Shown one piece after another: positions 46,382 to 56,261 of a DNA stretch of 64,000 nt. Each line of letters starts with the position of its first letter. The first letter of the stretch is position 1. A model generated the notes under the pieces. It had not been told where the DNA came from and did not search any database. It saw only the letters and a program-made list of their open reading frames with translations. The stretch is from Treponemataceae bacterium. GTDB taxonomy: Bacteria; Spirochaetota; Spirochaetia; Treponematales; Rectinemataceae. The position numbers were made by a program, and so were the translations under genes. Location: the NCBI GenBank assembly GCA_963667725.2, contig CAXXHO010000003.1:96001-160000 (forward strand), read 5' to 3'.

Positions 46382-47740
46382 ATGTCAGCAGCGCGGGAAG
46401 AATTCCGGAAACTCGGCGTACATGTGCCCGAAATTTACCTCCCTTCGGAAAAGCTGGATCATCAAGCCTGGGCCGTCGTCGCCTGCGATCAGTATTCATC
46501 CGAGAGGGAATACTGGGGGAAAGTGGCCGAAACCGTCGGCGCGAAGCCTTCCACCTTGAACATGATCTTCCCGGAATGCTATCTGGAGGACAAGGACAAG
46601 AATGAGAGGATCGCCCGGATCCAGCGTTCTATGGCCGACTATATTTCCAAAGGCTATCTCGAGACGCCAGGAGAAGGTTTTATCCTCGTGGAGCGGAGGA
46701 CGCCCTATGAACAGAAGCCTAGGATCGGGCTCGTCATATCGGTGGATCTCGAGAAGTATCAATACGGCAAGGATTCCAGGAGCCTCATACGTCCCACCGA
46801 GGGCACGATCGTCGAAAGACTTCCCCCGCGCATGGCAATCAGACGCGGCGCTCCCCTGGAGCTGCCCCATATCATGATACTGATGGACGATCCGGGGCGT
46901 ACCGTTATCGAGCCACTCTACGGCAAGCGACTCTATTTCAAGAGACTCTACGATTTCGATCTCATGGCCGGCTCAGGCCATGTCCGAGGCTGGCTCGTCA
47001 AAGACCAGGGCACTATGGAAGGAATCGCCTCTGCCCTGGCGCGGCTTGCCGATCCCGAGGCTTTCAAGGATAGGCACGGCAAGGACGATGTCCTTCTTTT
47101 CGCGGTCGGCGACGGGAATCATTCCCTGGCCACCGCCAAGGCGACCTGGGAAGAGGTGAAAACCTCCTACGCCGGCAAGCCTGGGGCTGAGGAAATCCTG
47201 GCCAAGCATCCGGCGCGCTATGCCCTCGTTGAACTCCTCAATATCTATGACGAAGGTCTCCCTTTCCATCCCATCCACCGCGTCCTCTTCAACGTGGATG
47301 AAAAGGATTTCTTCTCCGTCCTCAAGGAAGCCGGCGCGAAAATTTCCACGATGCCCGGCGCGAAGGAGGCTTTCGCTGCCTGCGACGCTCCCGAACCTGA
47401 AGGCGCGCACCGTATCGCCTGGACGAACGGCCGGGCCTCGGGGCTGATCGTCTTCGACAAACCCGCCGAAAAACTCGCGGCGGGCAGCCTGCAGGCGATT
47501 CTCGACCCCTATCTCAAGACACATCCAGCGACGACGATCGACTATATTCACGGCTCGGGAAGTCTGGAAACCCTGGCTTCCAAGGCGGGCAACCTGGGTC
47601 TCTATCTGCCCCCTGTCGACAAGGCATCTTTCTTCGCCACCATAGTCCAGAACGGCGTTATGCCGCGGAAGACCTTCTCCATGGGAGAGGCGCCGGAGAA
47701 ACGCTTCTATATAGAGGCGCGGAAGATAATTATCGGGTGA
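46382..47740 (+). CDS. DUF1015-family protein
   Basis: WAVVACDQY, IRPTEGT, ELPHIMIL, AVGDGNHSLATAK, HPIHR and MPRKTFS motifs; adjacent to serA/serC. Confidence 0.85.
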   Translation: MSAAREEFRKLGVHVPEIYLPSEKLDHQAWAVVACDQYSSEREYWGKVAETVGAKPSTLNMIFPECYLEDKDKNERIARIQRSMADYISKGYLETPGEGFILVERRTPYEQKPRIGLVISVDLEKYQYGKDSRSLIRPTEGTIVERLPPRMAIRRGAPLELPHIMILMDDPGRTVIEPLYGKRLYFKRLYDFDLMAGSGHVRGWLVKDQGTMEGIASALARLADPEAFKDRHGKDDVLLFAVGDGNHSLATAKATWEEVKTSYAGKPGAEEILAKHPARYALVELLNIYDEGLPFHPIHRVLFNVDEKDFFSVLKEAGAKISTMPGAKEAFAACDAPEPEGAHRIAWTNGRASGLIVFDKPAEKLAAGSLQAILDPYLKTHPATTIDYIHGSGSLETLASKAGNLGLYLPPVDKASFFATIVQNGVMPRKTFSMGEAPEKRFYIEARKIIIG

Positions 47741-47742
47741 AC

Positions 47743-47770
47743 TTGACAGGCAGGGCCATCATGCTACTAT
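47743..47770 (+). promoter_or_regulatory. Promoter of serA-serC
   Basis: TTGACA-16 bp-TACTAT with TGn. Confidence 0.65.
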
Positions 47771-47842
47771 AAAAAAGTATCGGATTTTATGCCCGACGCC
47801 CTCGATCGGGCTTTCTTGTAAGATCAGCTTTAGGAGGATTCC

Positions 47843-48715
47843 ATGGTTATTCTGTTGGCCGACGCCTTTGCCGCCGACCTTCCCAAGCGGCTATCGGCTT
47901 TCGGTGAAGTCGTCAGCGATATGAAACGTCTCGCCGATGCGGAGATCGTCATCGTCCGCTCCAAGACCAAGGTGGACAAGACGATGATCGACGCTGCCCC
48001 GAAGCTGAAATTCATCATCAGGGGCGGCGTGGGCGTCGACACCATCGATGTGGATTACGCCAAGGCCAAGGGAATTCTCGTGGATAACACTCCCGAGGCT
48101 TCCAGCCTGGCGGTGGCCGAACTCACCTTTGCCCTCATGCTCGCCCTGCCCAACCATCTGGTGAAAGCCGACGTTTCCATGAAGGAAGGCAAGTGGCTCA
48201 AGAAGGAACTGGAACGAACGGAACTCGGCGGAAAAACCCTGGGCCTCGTGGGCATCGGCCGCATCGCGAGGGAAGTGGCTTCCCGGGCTAAGGCCTTCGG
48301 TATGAAGGTCGTCGCCTTCGACAAGTACGTCGCCGTTTCCGACGCCGCCGAGATGATGAGTCTGGACGAAGTATTCGCGAAAGCGGACTATATCAGCCTT
48401 CACACCCCCCTCACCGACGAAACGCGCGGCATGATCAACGCCGCCAGCATCGCGAAGATGAAGGACGGAGTCCGCCTCGTCAACACCTGCCGCGGCCAGG
48501 TCATCGTGGAAGCCGACGTGGTCGCTGCCCTCGCGTCGGGCAAGATGGCGGGCTACGCCACCGATGTCTTCTATAAAGAACCGCCTGAAGCTTCGCCTCT
48601 GCTGACGGCGCCCAATGTCCTTCTGACCCCTCACCTGGGCGCTTCCACCGAAGAGAACCTTCTCAGGCTCGGCGACAGCATCGAAAGCCGCGTCGCGAAA
48701 TATGTTTCCAAATAA
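47843..48715 (+). CDS. serA: D-3-phosphoglycerate dehydrogenase (short form, no ACT domain)
   Basis: RGGVGVDTID, NTP, AVAE, GIGRIA, LHTPLT and TPHLGAST motifs; followed by serC. Confidence 0.8.
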   Translation: MVILLADAFAADLPKRLSAFGEVVSDMKRLADAEIVIVRSKTKVDKTMIDAAPKLKFIIRGGVGVDTIDVDYAKAKGILVDNTPEASSLAVAELTFALMLALPNHLVKADVSMKEGKWLKKELERTELGGKTLGLVGIGRIAREVASRAKAFGMKVVAFDKYVAVSDAAEMMSLDEVFAKADYISLHTPLTDETRGMINAASIAKMKDGVRLVNTCRGQVIVEADVVAALASGKMAGYATDVFYKEPPEASPLLTAPNVLLTPHLGASTEENLLRLGDSIESRVAKYVSK

Positions 48716-48729
48716 ACGGGAGTAAAACC

Positions 48730-49824
48730 ATGAAAAGAGTGATAAATTTCAATGCAGGCCCCGCCGCTATCCCCCTCGACGTGCTGAAACAGGCCCAGGA
48801 AGAAATGCTGGACTGGAACGGCACCGGCATGTCGGTGATGGAAGTCTCGCACCGCTCGAAAGAGTACGAGGCCATGCACAACGAGGCGAAGGACCTTTTC
48901 AGGAAACTGGCCGGGATGGGCCCTGAGTGGAAGATCCTCTTCCTCACCGGCGGCGCCTCCAGCCAATTCTTCCAGGTCCCCATGAATTTCCTTTTCGACG
49001 GCAGGAAGGCTTCCTACCTCGTCACCGGCACCTGGGGCAAGAAAGCCCTCAAGGAAGCCAAACGCTTCGGTCCCTGCGACGCCATGAGCACCGAGAACGC
49101 CGACGGCACCTTCACGAGGGTTCTCACGCCGGCCGAAATCAAGATCGATCCGGCTTCGACCTATGTCCACATGACCAGCAACAACACGCTCTTCGGATCC
49201 CAGTGGCATGATTGGCCCGAAACGGGCAAGGTTCCCCTCGTCTGCGACATGTCGAGCGACATCTTCTCCCGCCCCTTCCCGGCCGACAAGTTCGCGCTGA
49301 TCTACGCGGGCGCGCAGAAGAACCTCGGCCCCTCCGGCCTCACCATCGTGGCCGTCAAGGACAGCTTCTTCCAGCTTTGCCAGGAACAGGCCAAGCTGCC
49401 GACCATGCTTTCCTACAGGACCCATGAGGAAGAGAATTCTCTCTACAACACGCCGCCCTGTTTCTCCATCTACATGCTCAGCCTTACGCTCAAATGGCTG
49501 GACAGTCATGGCGGTCTGGACGCCATGGCGAAAGTCAACGAAGAGAAGGGCAGGATCATCTACGGGGCGATCGACGCCTCGAACGGCTACTATCGCGGTC
49601 CGGTCCAGAAGGATTCCCGCTCCCTCATGAACGTGGTCTTCAGACTCAAGGACGAGGCCTCCGAGGAGCTTTTCGTGAAGGAAGCGAAGGCGGCGGGCAT
49701 CGTGGGCGTAAAAGGCCACCGCTCGACGGGCGGAATCCGTTTCTCGATGTACAACGCCAACCTCGTGGACAACGTCAAGGTCGCGGCCGCCTTCATGGAA
49801 GATTTCAGGAAGAGGCACGGCTGA
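48730..49824 (+). CDS. serC: Phosphoserine aminotransferase
   Basis: NFNAGPA, MEVSHRS, GGAS.QF, DMSS, YAGAQKNLGP, YNTPP and GHRSTGG.R motifs. Confidence 0.97.
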   Translation: MKRVINFNAGPAAIPLDVLKQAQEEMLDWNGTGMSVMEVSHRSKEYEAMHNEAKDLFRKLAGMGPEWKILFLTGGASSQFFQVPMNFLFDGRKASYLVTGTWGKKALKEAKRFGPCDAMSTENADGTFTRVLTPAEIKIDPASTYVHMTSNNTLFGSQWHDWPETGKVPLVCDMSSDIFSRPFPADKFALIYAGAQKNLGPSGLTIVAVKDSFFQLCQEQAKLPTMLSYRTHEEENSLYNTPPCFSIYMLSLTLKWLDSHGGLDAMAKVNEEKGRIIYGAIDASNGYYRGPVQKDSRSLMNVVFRLKDEASEELFVKEAKAAGIVGVKGHRSTGGIRFSMYNANLVDNVKVAAAFMEDFRKRHG

Positions 49825-49857
49825 AACATTGTTTCAACATAGCTTCAACATTGTTTC
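49825..49857. repeat. Three 11-bp direct repeats
   Basis: AACATTGTTTC AACATAGCTTC AACATTGTTTC immediately after the serC stop. Confidence 0.85.
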
Positions 49858-49891
49858 GGCGCGGCCGAAGCAGTGTCTGCGGAATGGAACG

Positions 49892-49923
49892 AAAAAGCCC
49901 GGGCGAATAGCCCGGGCTTTTTT
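49892..49923. terminator. Bidirectional intrinsic terminator
   Basis: AAAAAGCCCGGGC-GAATA-GCCCGGGCTTTTTT between the convergent serC and Ldh_2 genes. Confidence 0.9.
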
Positions 49924-49977
49924 ATGCCGATAGTCGCGCCATCCAGATCATGGGAAATCCTGCGGCGCGGCGCTAGG

Positions 49978-51084
49978 TCAGAAAGGAAGGTCGATCTTCA
50001 GGTTGCAGCGTTCTTTCACGGCCTTGAAAGAGGCCTTGAGCGAAGCGTTGAAGGGAACTCCCTTGTCCTTGCGGAAAAGGGAAATCTCATATTCCTTTTC
50101 GCCCGGCGTCCAGATGCGCGTGGCGCCCGGAGCCTTCTTGGAGGCGCGAATCTGGCGGCAGATTTCTCCCACCTGATGCTTGAAGGCATCGAGATCGCAG
50201 AAGGCGTCGATCCTGATAGCGAGGAAGGAGTGGCCAAGTTCGATGGAAGAGGGCTTGCCGTCTTTTCCCACGCCCGTCAGCGCCTTCAGGAAATTCGCTT
50301 GCGAGAGGGCGGAAGACAGGAGCTCGACGACCATGGAGTTGCCGTAACCCTTGTAACCGCCCAGGTCTTCCCCAAGCCCGCCCACTGGCGTGAGGGCTGC
50401 CTTGTCCTTCGTGAGATCGATCAGGACCTGGTGAGTGTCGTGCCTGTAATGGCCGTCCTCGCCGATGACCCAGCCGTCGGGAAGGTCCTTGCCGATGCGG
50501 TCGTAGAGTTCGATCTTGCCTCGCTGGGTTACGGAGGTGGCATAGTCGGGCATGAAGGGGAAAGGTTCGTCCGAGGGCATGCCCCAGGTCATGGGGTTCG
50601 TGCCGATCATGGGCTCGACGCCCCAGGTCGGCGCTATGGAGGGCCTGGCCGATGTCGTGGTCATGCCGATCATGCCTTTCTGGACGGCCATGTTGGGATA
50701 ATAGAAAGCGGCGCCGTAGTGCGTGGAATTGCGGACGACGGTCATTCCGAGGCCGTTCTTCTCGGCCTTCTCAATGGCCATTTCCATGGCGCGCTTGGCG
50801 ATGTAATGCCCCATGCCATTGTGTCCATCGATGACCGCGGTGGTCGGTGTCTCCCTGACTACTTCGAAATTGGTCTTGGGAAGCTGCGTGCCGGCCCAGA
50901 TCCTGTCCAGATATATCGGTTTGAAACGTCCAACGCCATGCGAATCGACGCCGCGCTTATCGGCGGCCACGAGAACGTTGGCGCAGACCGTCGCTTCCTC
51001 GGGGGGAACGCCGACTGCCTCGAAACCGGCTCGCATGAACGCTTCGACTTCGTCGAATTTCCACCAGGTGATGCTCTCATCCAT
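49978..51084 (-). CDS. Ldh_2-family (ComC/AllD/malate-L-lactate type 2) oxidoreductase
   Basis: ADKRGVDSHG, DGHNGMG, RNSTHYG, GTNP, GGYKGYG and PGEKE motifs. Confidence 0.92.
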   Translation of the reverse strand: MDESITWWKFDEVEAFMRAGFEAVGVPPEEATVCANVLVAADKRGVDSHGVGRFKPIYLDRIWAGTQLPKTNFEVVRETPTTAVIDGHNGMGHYIAKRAMEMAIEKAEKNGLGMTVVRNSTHYGAAFYYPNMAVQKGMIGMTTTSARPSIAPTWGVEPMIGTNPMTWGMPSDEPFPFMPDYATSVTQRGKIELYDRIGKDLPDGWVIGEDGHYRHDTHQVLIDLTKDKAALTPVGGLGEDLGGYKGYGNSMVVELLSSALSQANFLKALTGVGKDGKPSSIELGHSFLAIRIDAFCDLDAFKHQVGEICRQIRASKKAPGATRIWTPGEKEYEISLFRKDKGVPFNASLKASFKAVKERCNLKIDLPF

Positions 51085-51247
51085 ATAATACTCCTTAGGT
51101 TGCAGGGCGTCCTAATCCATGAACGTCCCGTATGGGAAACATGCAGAGGTAGTATAGACCTTTTTTGCACCATGGCAAAGGGGAAATATGGAAGAGTTCT
51201 GCGGGGCGGCGATAGGCAGCCCCGCATGATCGACCGGTGAAAGAGCT

Positions 51248-51607
51248 CTAGAGGGCCACGCCCAGGACATCCTTGATGGCAGTCTGGAAAGTGCCTTTGG
51301 GCAGGGCGCCGGCGGCCATCTGGGGAGGAGCGCCCACGGGGATGAAGAGGATGGAGGGTATGCTCTGGATTCCGAAAGCCGCGGAGATTTCGGGTTCGGC
51401 GTCGGTATTGACCTTATAGATTTTCAGCTTGCCTTCGTATTCCTTGGAGAGGGACTCCATGATGGGGGCGACCATCTTGCACGGACCGCACCAGTCGGCA
51501 TAGAAGTCGATGATGGCGGGGCTTTCACCCTTGTAGTCCCATTCTTTTTTCGTTTCGAAATCGAATATTTTTTCTATGAAGCTGTCCTTGGTCAACTGTT
51601 CTGTCAT
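51248..51607 (-). CDS. trxA: Thioredoxin
   Basis: DFYADWCGPCK and GIQSIP motifs. Confidence 0.95.
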   Translation of the reverse strand: MTEQLTKDSFIEKIFDFETKKEWDYKGESPAIIDFYADWCGPCKMVAPIMESLSKEYEGKLKIYKVNTDAEPEISAAFGIQSIPSILFIPVGAPPQMAAGALPKGTFQTAIKDVLGVAL

Positions 51608-51758
51608 TGAAATCTCCTTATATTAGAAAATACTAATATAACAATGTTTTGACAAGGGGGAAGCCCGCAGCCCTTGCCTTCCGGATAAAATTTCTCAGCC
51701 ATAGTCCGGAAAGTAAAGTATAATGTTTCCTAGGAATTCGTCGAGAGAGGAGTTTTCA

Positions 51759-53762
51759 ATGGACTGTAAGGACTCGATCAAGATAAGCCTGGATATGGAT
51801 GAGCTGCCGCCGGCTCCGGTTTTCGAGAAAGGTATCAGGCGCGCTCCCCGAAGGGAAACCAACCTGAGTCCAGCCCAGAAAAAGCTTGCGCTGCGCAACG
51901 CGCTCCGCTACATCCCTCCACGATGGCATGAAACGCTGGCTCCCGAATTCCTGGCCGAACTCAAGGAACAGGGCAGAATTTACGGGTATCGCTTCAGGCC
52001 GGCTGGGCCCCTGCGCGGGCTGCCTATCGAAGAATATCCAGGCCGCTGCGTCGAGGGGAAGGCTTTCCGGGTGATGATAGACAATAACCTCGACTTCAAT
52101 GTGGCCCTGTACCCCTATGAGCTCGTCACCTATGGCGAAACCGGCCAAGTCTGCCAAAACTGGATGCAATACAGGCTCATCTGTAAATATCTGGAAATTC
52201 TGGACGAGAACGGAACCCTCGTCCTCGAGTCTGGCCATCCCTTGGGCATTTTTGCCAGCCACCCCATGGCGCCGCGCGTCATCATCACGAACGGTCTCAT
52301 GGTCGGAATGTTCGACAATCAGAAAGATTTCAACCTGGCGGCGGCCCTGGGCGTCGCGAACTACGGGCAGATGACAGCCGGCGGATGGATGTATATCGGA
52401 CCCCAGGGCATCGTGCATGGCACTTTCAACACTTTGATGAACGCTGGCCGCCTCAAGCTCGGGATTCCCCACGGCAAGGACCTGGCGGGGAAGCTCTTCG
52501 TATCCTCGGGCCTGGGCGGCATGTCGGGCGCCCAGGGCAAGGCCGCCGTGATAGCGGGCGCCGCTTCCATCATCGCGGAAGTGGACATGTCTCGGGTGGA
52601 AACGAGATATTCCCAGGGCTGGGTTTCCTGCGTCACGGATTCGATGGAAGAGGCCTTCGGGCTGGCTAGGGTGGCCATGACGGAAAAACGCCCCATAGCC
52701 GTCGCCTATCACGGCAATGTCGTCGACCTCCTTGAGTTCGCGGCGGAAAAGAAGATTCATATCGACCTTCTCTCCGACCAGACCAGCTGCCACGTGCCCT
52801 ATGACGGCGGCTATTGTCCCGTGGGCATAAGCTTCGCCGAAAGGACCCGCCTCCTGACGGAGGACAGGGCGGCCTTCAGGATTCTCGTGAACGCCTCCCT
52901 CAAACGCCACTTCGAAGTCATCAAGCGGCTCGTCGCCTCGGGCACCTACTTCTTCGACTACGGGAACGCCTTCCTGAAATCCGTGTTCGACGCGGGTATA
53001 GGCGAGATCTCGAAAAACGGCCTGGACGAGAAGGACGGCTTCATTTTTCCGAGCTATGTCGAGGATATTCTCGGTCCCGAACTTTTCGACTACGGCTACG
53101 GACCCTTCAGGTGGGTCTGCCTTTCCGGCAAACCCGAAGACCTGCGCAGGACCGACAAGGCCGCCATGGACTGCATCGACCCGGACAGACGCAGCCAGGA
53201 CATGGACAATTGGCTCTGGATCAGGGATGCCGAGAAAAATGCGCTCGTGGTGGGAACGCAAGCCCGCATCCTCTACCAGGACGCCCTCGGCAGGATGAAG
53301 ATCGCGCTGAGATTCAACGAACTGGTCAGAAAGGGCGAAATCGGACCCGTCATGCTGGGCAGGGATCACCACGATACGGGCGGCACCGACAGCCCGTTCC
53401 GGGAAACGAGCAATATCAAGGATGGCTCGAACATGATGGCCGATATGGCGACGCAGTGTTTCGCCGGAAACGCGGCGCGCGGCATGAGCCTCGTGGCGCT
53501 GCACAACGGCGGCGGCGTGGGCGTCGGCAAGGCCATAAACGGAGGCTTCGGCCTCGTCCTGGACGGCTCGGAACGCGTCGACGCCGTCATAAGGATGGCC
53601 ATGCCCTGGGATGTCATGGGCGGCGTCGCGCGCCGCGCGTGGGCATGCAATCCGCACGCGCTGGAAGTCTGCGCCGAATACAACAGCGAGCACGCGGATC
53701 TGGGCATCATAACGCTTCCCTACGAAGTGGATCCTTCAATCCTGGAAAAGGCCCTGCGTTGA
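51759..53762 (+). CDS. hutU: Urocanate hydratase (long form with N-terminal extension)
   Basis: ELVTYG, YGQMTAGGWMYIGPQGIVHGT, GLGGMSGAQ, SDQTS.H, FDYGNAF, GPFRW, GRDHHD and HNGGGVG motifs; GAGGAG SD. Confidence 0.96.
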   Translation: MDCKDSIKISLDMDELPPAPVFEKGIRRAPRRETNLSPAQKKLALRNALRYIPPRWHETLAPEFLAELKEQGRIYGYRFRPAGPLRGLPIEEYPGRCVEGKAFRVMIDNNLDFNVALYPYELVTYGETGQVCQNWMQYRLICKYLEILDENGTLVLESGHPLGIFASHPMAPRVIITNGLMVGMFDNQKDFNLAAALGVANYGQMTAGGWMYIGPQGIVHGTFNTLMNAGRLKLGIPHGKDLAGKLFVSSGLGGMSGAQGKAAVIAGAASIIAEVDMSRVETRYSQGWVSCVTDSMEEAFGLARVAMTEKRPIAVAYHGNVVDLLEFAAEKKIHIDLLSDQTSCHVPYDGGYCPVGISFAERTRLLTEDRAAFRILVNASLKRHFEVIKRLVASGTYFFDYGNAFLKSVFDAGIGEISKNGLDEKDGFIFPSYVEDILGPELFDYGYGPFRWVCLSGKPEDLRRTDKAAMDCIDPDRRSQDMDNWLWIRDAEKNALVVGTQARILYQDALGRMKIALRFNELVRKGEIGPVMLGRDHHDTGGTDSPFRETSNIKDGSNMMADMATQCFAGNAARGMSLVALHNGGGVGVGKAINGGFGLVLDGSERVDAVIRMAMPWDVMGGVARRAWACNPHALEVCAEYNSEHADLGIITLPYEVDPSILEKALR

Positions 53763-53798
53763 GCGCAAAGCCCCGCGCTCGGCGCAAAGCCCCGCGCT
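53763..53798. repeat. 17-bp direct repeat (2 copies) after hutU
   Basis: GCGCAAAGCCCCGCGCT at 53763 and 53782. Confidence 0.7.
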
Positions 53799-53848
53799 GA
53801 ACGCGTCGGGCGGGGTGGGGCGCTAACGCCCCCCCGCGGCCGGTCGCG

Positions 53849-56107
53849 CTAGAGCCCCGCGGCCAGCCGCGCCAGGTCGCGTCTCAAGGCCTCGACTTCC
53901 TCCCTTGTCTTTTTCACGAAGGAGTTCTCCGTCGGGCGTCCCAGAACGGCCGTCATCTCCGCCTCCGACCGGTAGGTAGCTTTCCTGAAAGGATTGCTCC
54001 AATCTTTTGCCCTGGAATCGAAAACCCCCTCGGCCACGGATGCCGAGAGCGCATCCAAGTCCTTGAAGGCAGCCAGAAGCCCTTCCAATGAAGGACCTGT
54101 TCCGACCTCGCCCTCTTTCTCCCGTGAAGCCTGGGGGTAGAGGTTTCCTAGCAGCGACCAGGCATAGCGCAGCTTGTCTCTGGGGTAGATTTCCGACAAT
54201 GTCTGATATTCGGCATGGAATTCGCGCCAGGTGGGGTATTCCCCCGCGCCTGCCTTCGCGAGAATTTTTTCGAGGCGAAGCTTGGATGCCAGGAGTCCGC
54301 CCAAGTTTTCCCATTCGACGCCAACCCGACAGTTTTCGTCAGGCTTGAGCGCTATTTCGACGTCGTTCCAGCTTGAGGTCTGGGGATTTTCCGTCATGAA
54401 ATGGACAATTTCCCGTCCCGCGAACCAGAGGAGCATCTCCCTGTACGCATGCCAGGCCTGCGCCGGTTTCCTTATGATGCATTCCCTCGCCGAATGCTCG
54501 ACACGATCCGCCACGACATCGAAGGGAAGCGCTCCATCGCTTTCGCTCAGGATCGCCCGCCCGAGCTTTCTCGGCGATTCCGGCGAGGCGGTTTCCGGAT
54601 CGTCTTTGCGGTACTTGACGAAAGCCCTGCCCGTCATCTCTTCGAGAAGGGCGATGGCCGACAGGATTTCCTCGGCCGTATCCGGAGCGAAGGGCGAATA
54701 TTCCAGGCGAAGACGCTTGTCGCTCCTGGCGTCGCGCGAGTGGAATTTCCCCTCGTTGCGCATCAGCGCATACTTGTTGCTGATCCACCAGAAAGCGGGC
54801 AGGAGAACGAGGCGGTCTCGCTTGTAGTCGTTGTCGACGAGGCAGAAGGGAAAGGGAATGTCGAGCTCGAAACGATAGTCGCCCTTGGCCAGGAGACAAA
54901 ACGACGCGAATCGCGACGAGTGTTTCACCGAGGTGCATAGCCCCGGCCAGAAACCGCGTCCCGCCTCGATCTCCCCGTCCGGAGCCCTGGAGTTGTGGTT
55001 GGAACCTATCGTGGCTCCCGCCGCCATGTTGGATTGGCCCTTGACGAGACTGGCGATGAGGAAGCTCGTGTTGTGATGCTGTTCGTGGGCCGGAAAAATG
55101 AGATTATTGAGGATTTCGCAGCAGGAAACGGTGGAATTTTCGCCCAGGACAGAATGGATGAGCCTCGCCCCATATTTCAGCGATGACGCGTCGCAGAGCA
55201 CGAAACGCACGGCCTTGCAGCCGTAGAAAACCTTGCAGCCGTAGCCGATGATGCCGTTGACGAGTTCCACGCCTTCGCCTATCTGCGTTCTCGCGTCTTC
55301 CTTCGACTTGATGGTCAGGTTCTTGAGCTTGTTGGCGCCCTTGACGTACGCGCTTTCCCCTATCGCCACGTCCTTGATCACGCCGTTCGATTTCAGCACC
55401 GAACAATTCCCGATGGTGCCATAACGCCCTCTGCGGGCATCGAACATGACATCGGTCATCCTTCCGAATTCCTTCATGAGCTCGCCCCGGTCGCGATTAC
55501 GGGCCCAGAGGTAGGCATCGGCGCACGTCATGTCGACGAAGGGGTACACCCATCGCCCGCCGCCCTCGTTCATGACATCGATCGTGATGCGGACTTCCTC
55601 GCCTTCGCCTTCCACCACATTGCCGTTGCCGAATTTCGAATGATTCGATACGTGGACCTCGGCGTTGTCGATCAGGATGCAGTTGTCCCCGATGATATAA
55701 TGAGCGATATAGGCGCAATTGCTTATCACGCAGTTATTTCCTATATCGCAGGCGATTATCTGGGAATTGGAGATTCCGGCGAAGAGATGAAGATCGTGAT
55801 GTTCCAGGGTGATTTCCTCGAGACAGCCTATTCTCACCAGGCCCGCGAACGAGGTGTTATAGATAAGCTCGGGAGTGAAGGGATCGGCGACGAAGATCTG
55901 CGACCAATCGCTGCAGGTATTGTTCTGCCTGATAAGCGTCTCGAGTTCGAAAGGCTTCAGCTTCCTGTAATCGGCGGGGTTCTTGCCGGCCGCGAGGAAC
56001 TGCTCGTTCCTTATCCTGTATTCGTCTTCCTCGGGGCCGAGATATTGAGCCGGGATGAAACCCGTACCGACATTGAGGTCAAAGCTGACTTTGATATCGT
56101 TATTCAT
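53849..56107 (-). CDS. DUF4954-family protein (beta-helix-like repeats)
   Basis: KFGNG, NEGGGR.V, GEGVELVNG, SCCEILNNL, HEQHHNTSFLIA and SNMAAGATIGSNHNSR motifs; start MNNDIK. Confidence 0.75.
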   Translation of the reverse strand: MNNDIKVSFDLNVGTGFIPAQYLGPEEDEYRIRNEQFLAAGKNPADYRKLKPFELETLIRQNNTCSDWSQIFVADPFTPELIYNTSFAGLVRIGCLEEITLEHHDLHLFAGISNSQIIACDIGNNCVISNCAYIAHYIIGDNCILIDNAEVHVSNHSKFGNGNVVEGEGEEVRITIDVMNEGGGRWVYPFVDMTCADAYLWARNRDRGELMKEFGRMTDVMFDARRGRYGTIGNCSVLKSNGVIKDVAIGESAYVKGANKLKNLTIKSKEDARTQIGEGVELVNGIIGYGCKVFYGCKAVRFVLCDASSLKYGARLIHSVLGENSTVSCCEILNNLIFPAHEQHHNTSFLIASLVKGQSNMAAGATIGSNHNSRAPDGEIEAGRGFWPGLCTSVKHSSRFASFCLLAKGDYRFELDIPFPFCLVDNDYKRDRLVLLPAFWWISNKYALMRNEGKFHSRDARSDKRLRLEYSPFAPDTAEEILSAIALLEEMTGRAFVKYRKDDPETASPESPRKLGRAILSESDGALPFDVVADRVEHSARECIIRKPAQAWHAYREMLLWFAGREIVHFMTENPQTSSWNDVEIALKPDENCRVGVEWENLGGLLASKLRLEKILAKAGAGEYPTWREFHAEYQTLSEIYPRDKLRYAWSLLGNLYPQASREKEGEVGTGPSLEGLLAAFKDLDALSASVAEGVFDSRAKDWSNPFRKATYRSEAEMTAVLGRPTENSFVKKTREEVEALRRDLARLAAGL

Positions 56108-56261
56108 GGAAAAAATTATCAGGCATTTTCCGGAAGCGCGCAAGGCTCGATGCGGGGAGACTGCGCGATACTCCTATGCTTAGGGTCGACATTTTTCTCG
56201 TAAAGAAAAGACGGTTTTTAACCCCTTGACCAAAAGGGGCGCTTTTCGACATCGTACAGCT

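Noticed and set aside
49873..51240. 455-aa ORF antisense to the Ldh_2 gene, and similar shadows at 23922-24935, 48631-49818, 37274-38587, 39961-41250 and 9930-11141
   Set aside because: They overlap confidently identified genes on the opposite strand, have no recognisable domains, and are expected at high GC.
51756..53693. 645-aa antisense ORF opposite hutU
   Set aside because: Mirror-frame shadow of a gene with strong GC3 bias; no motifs.
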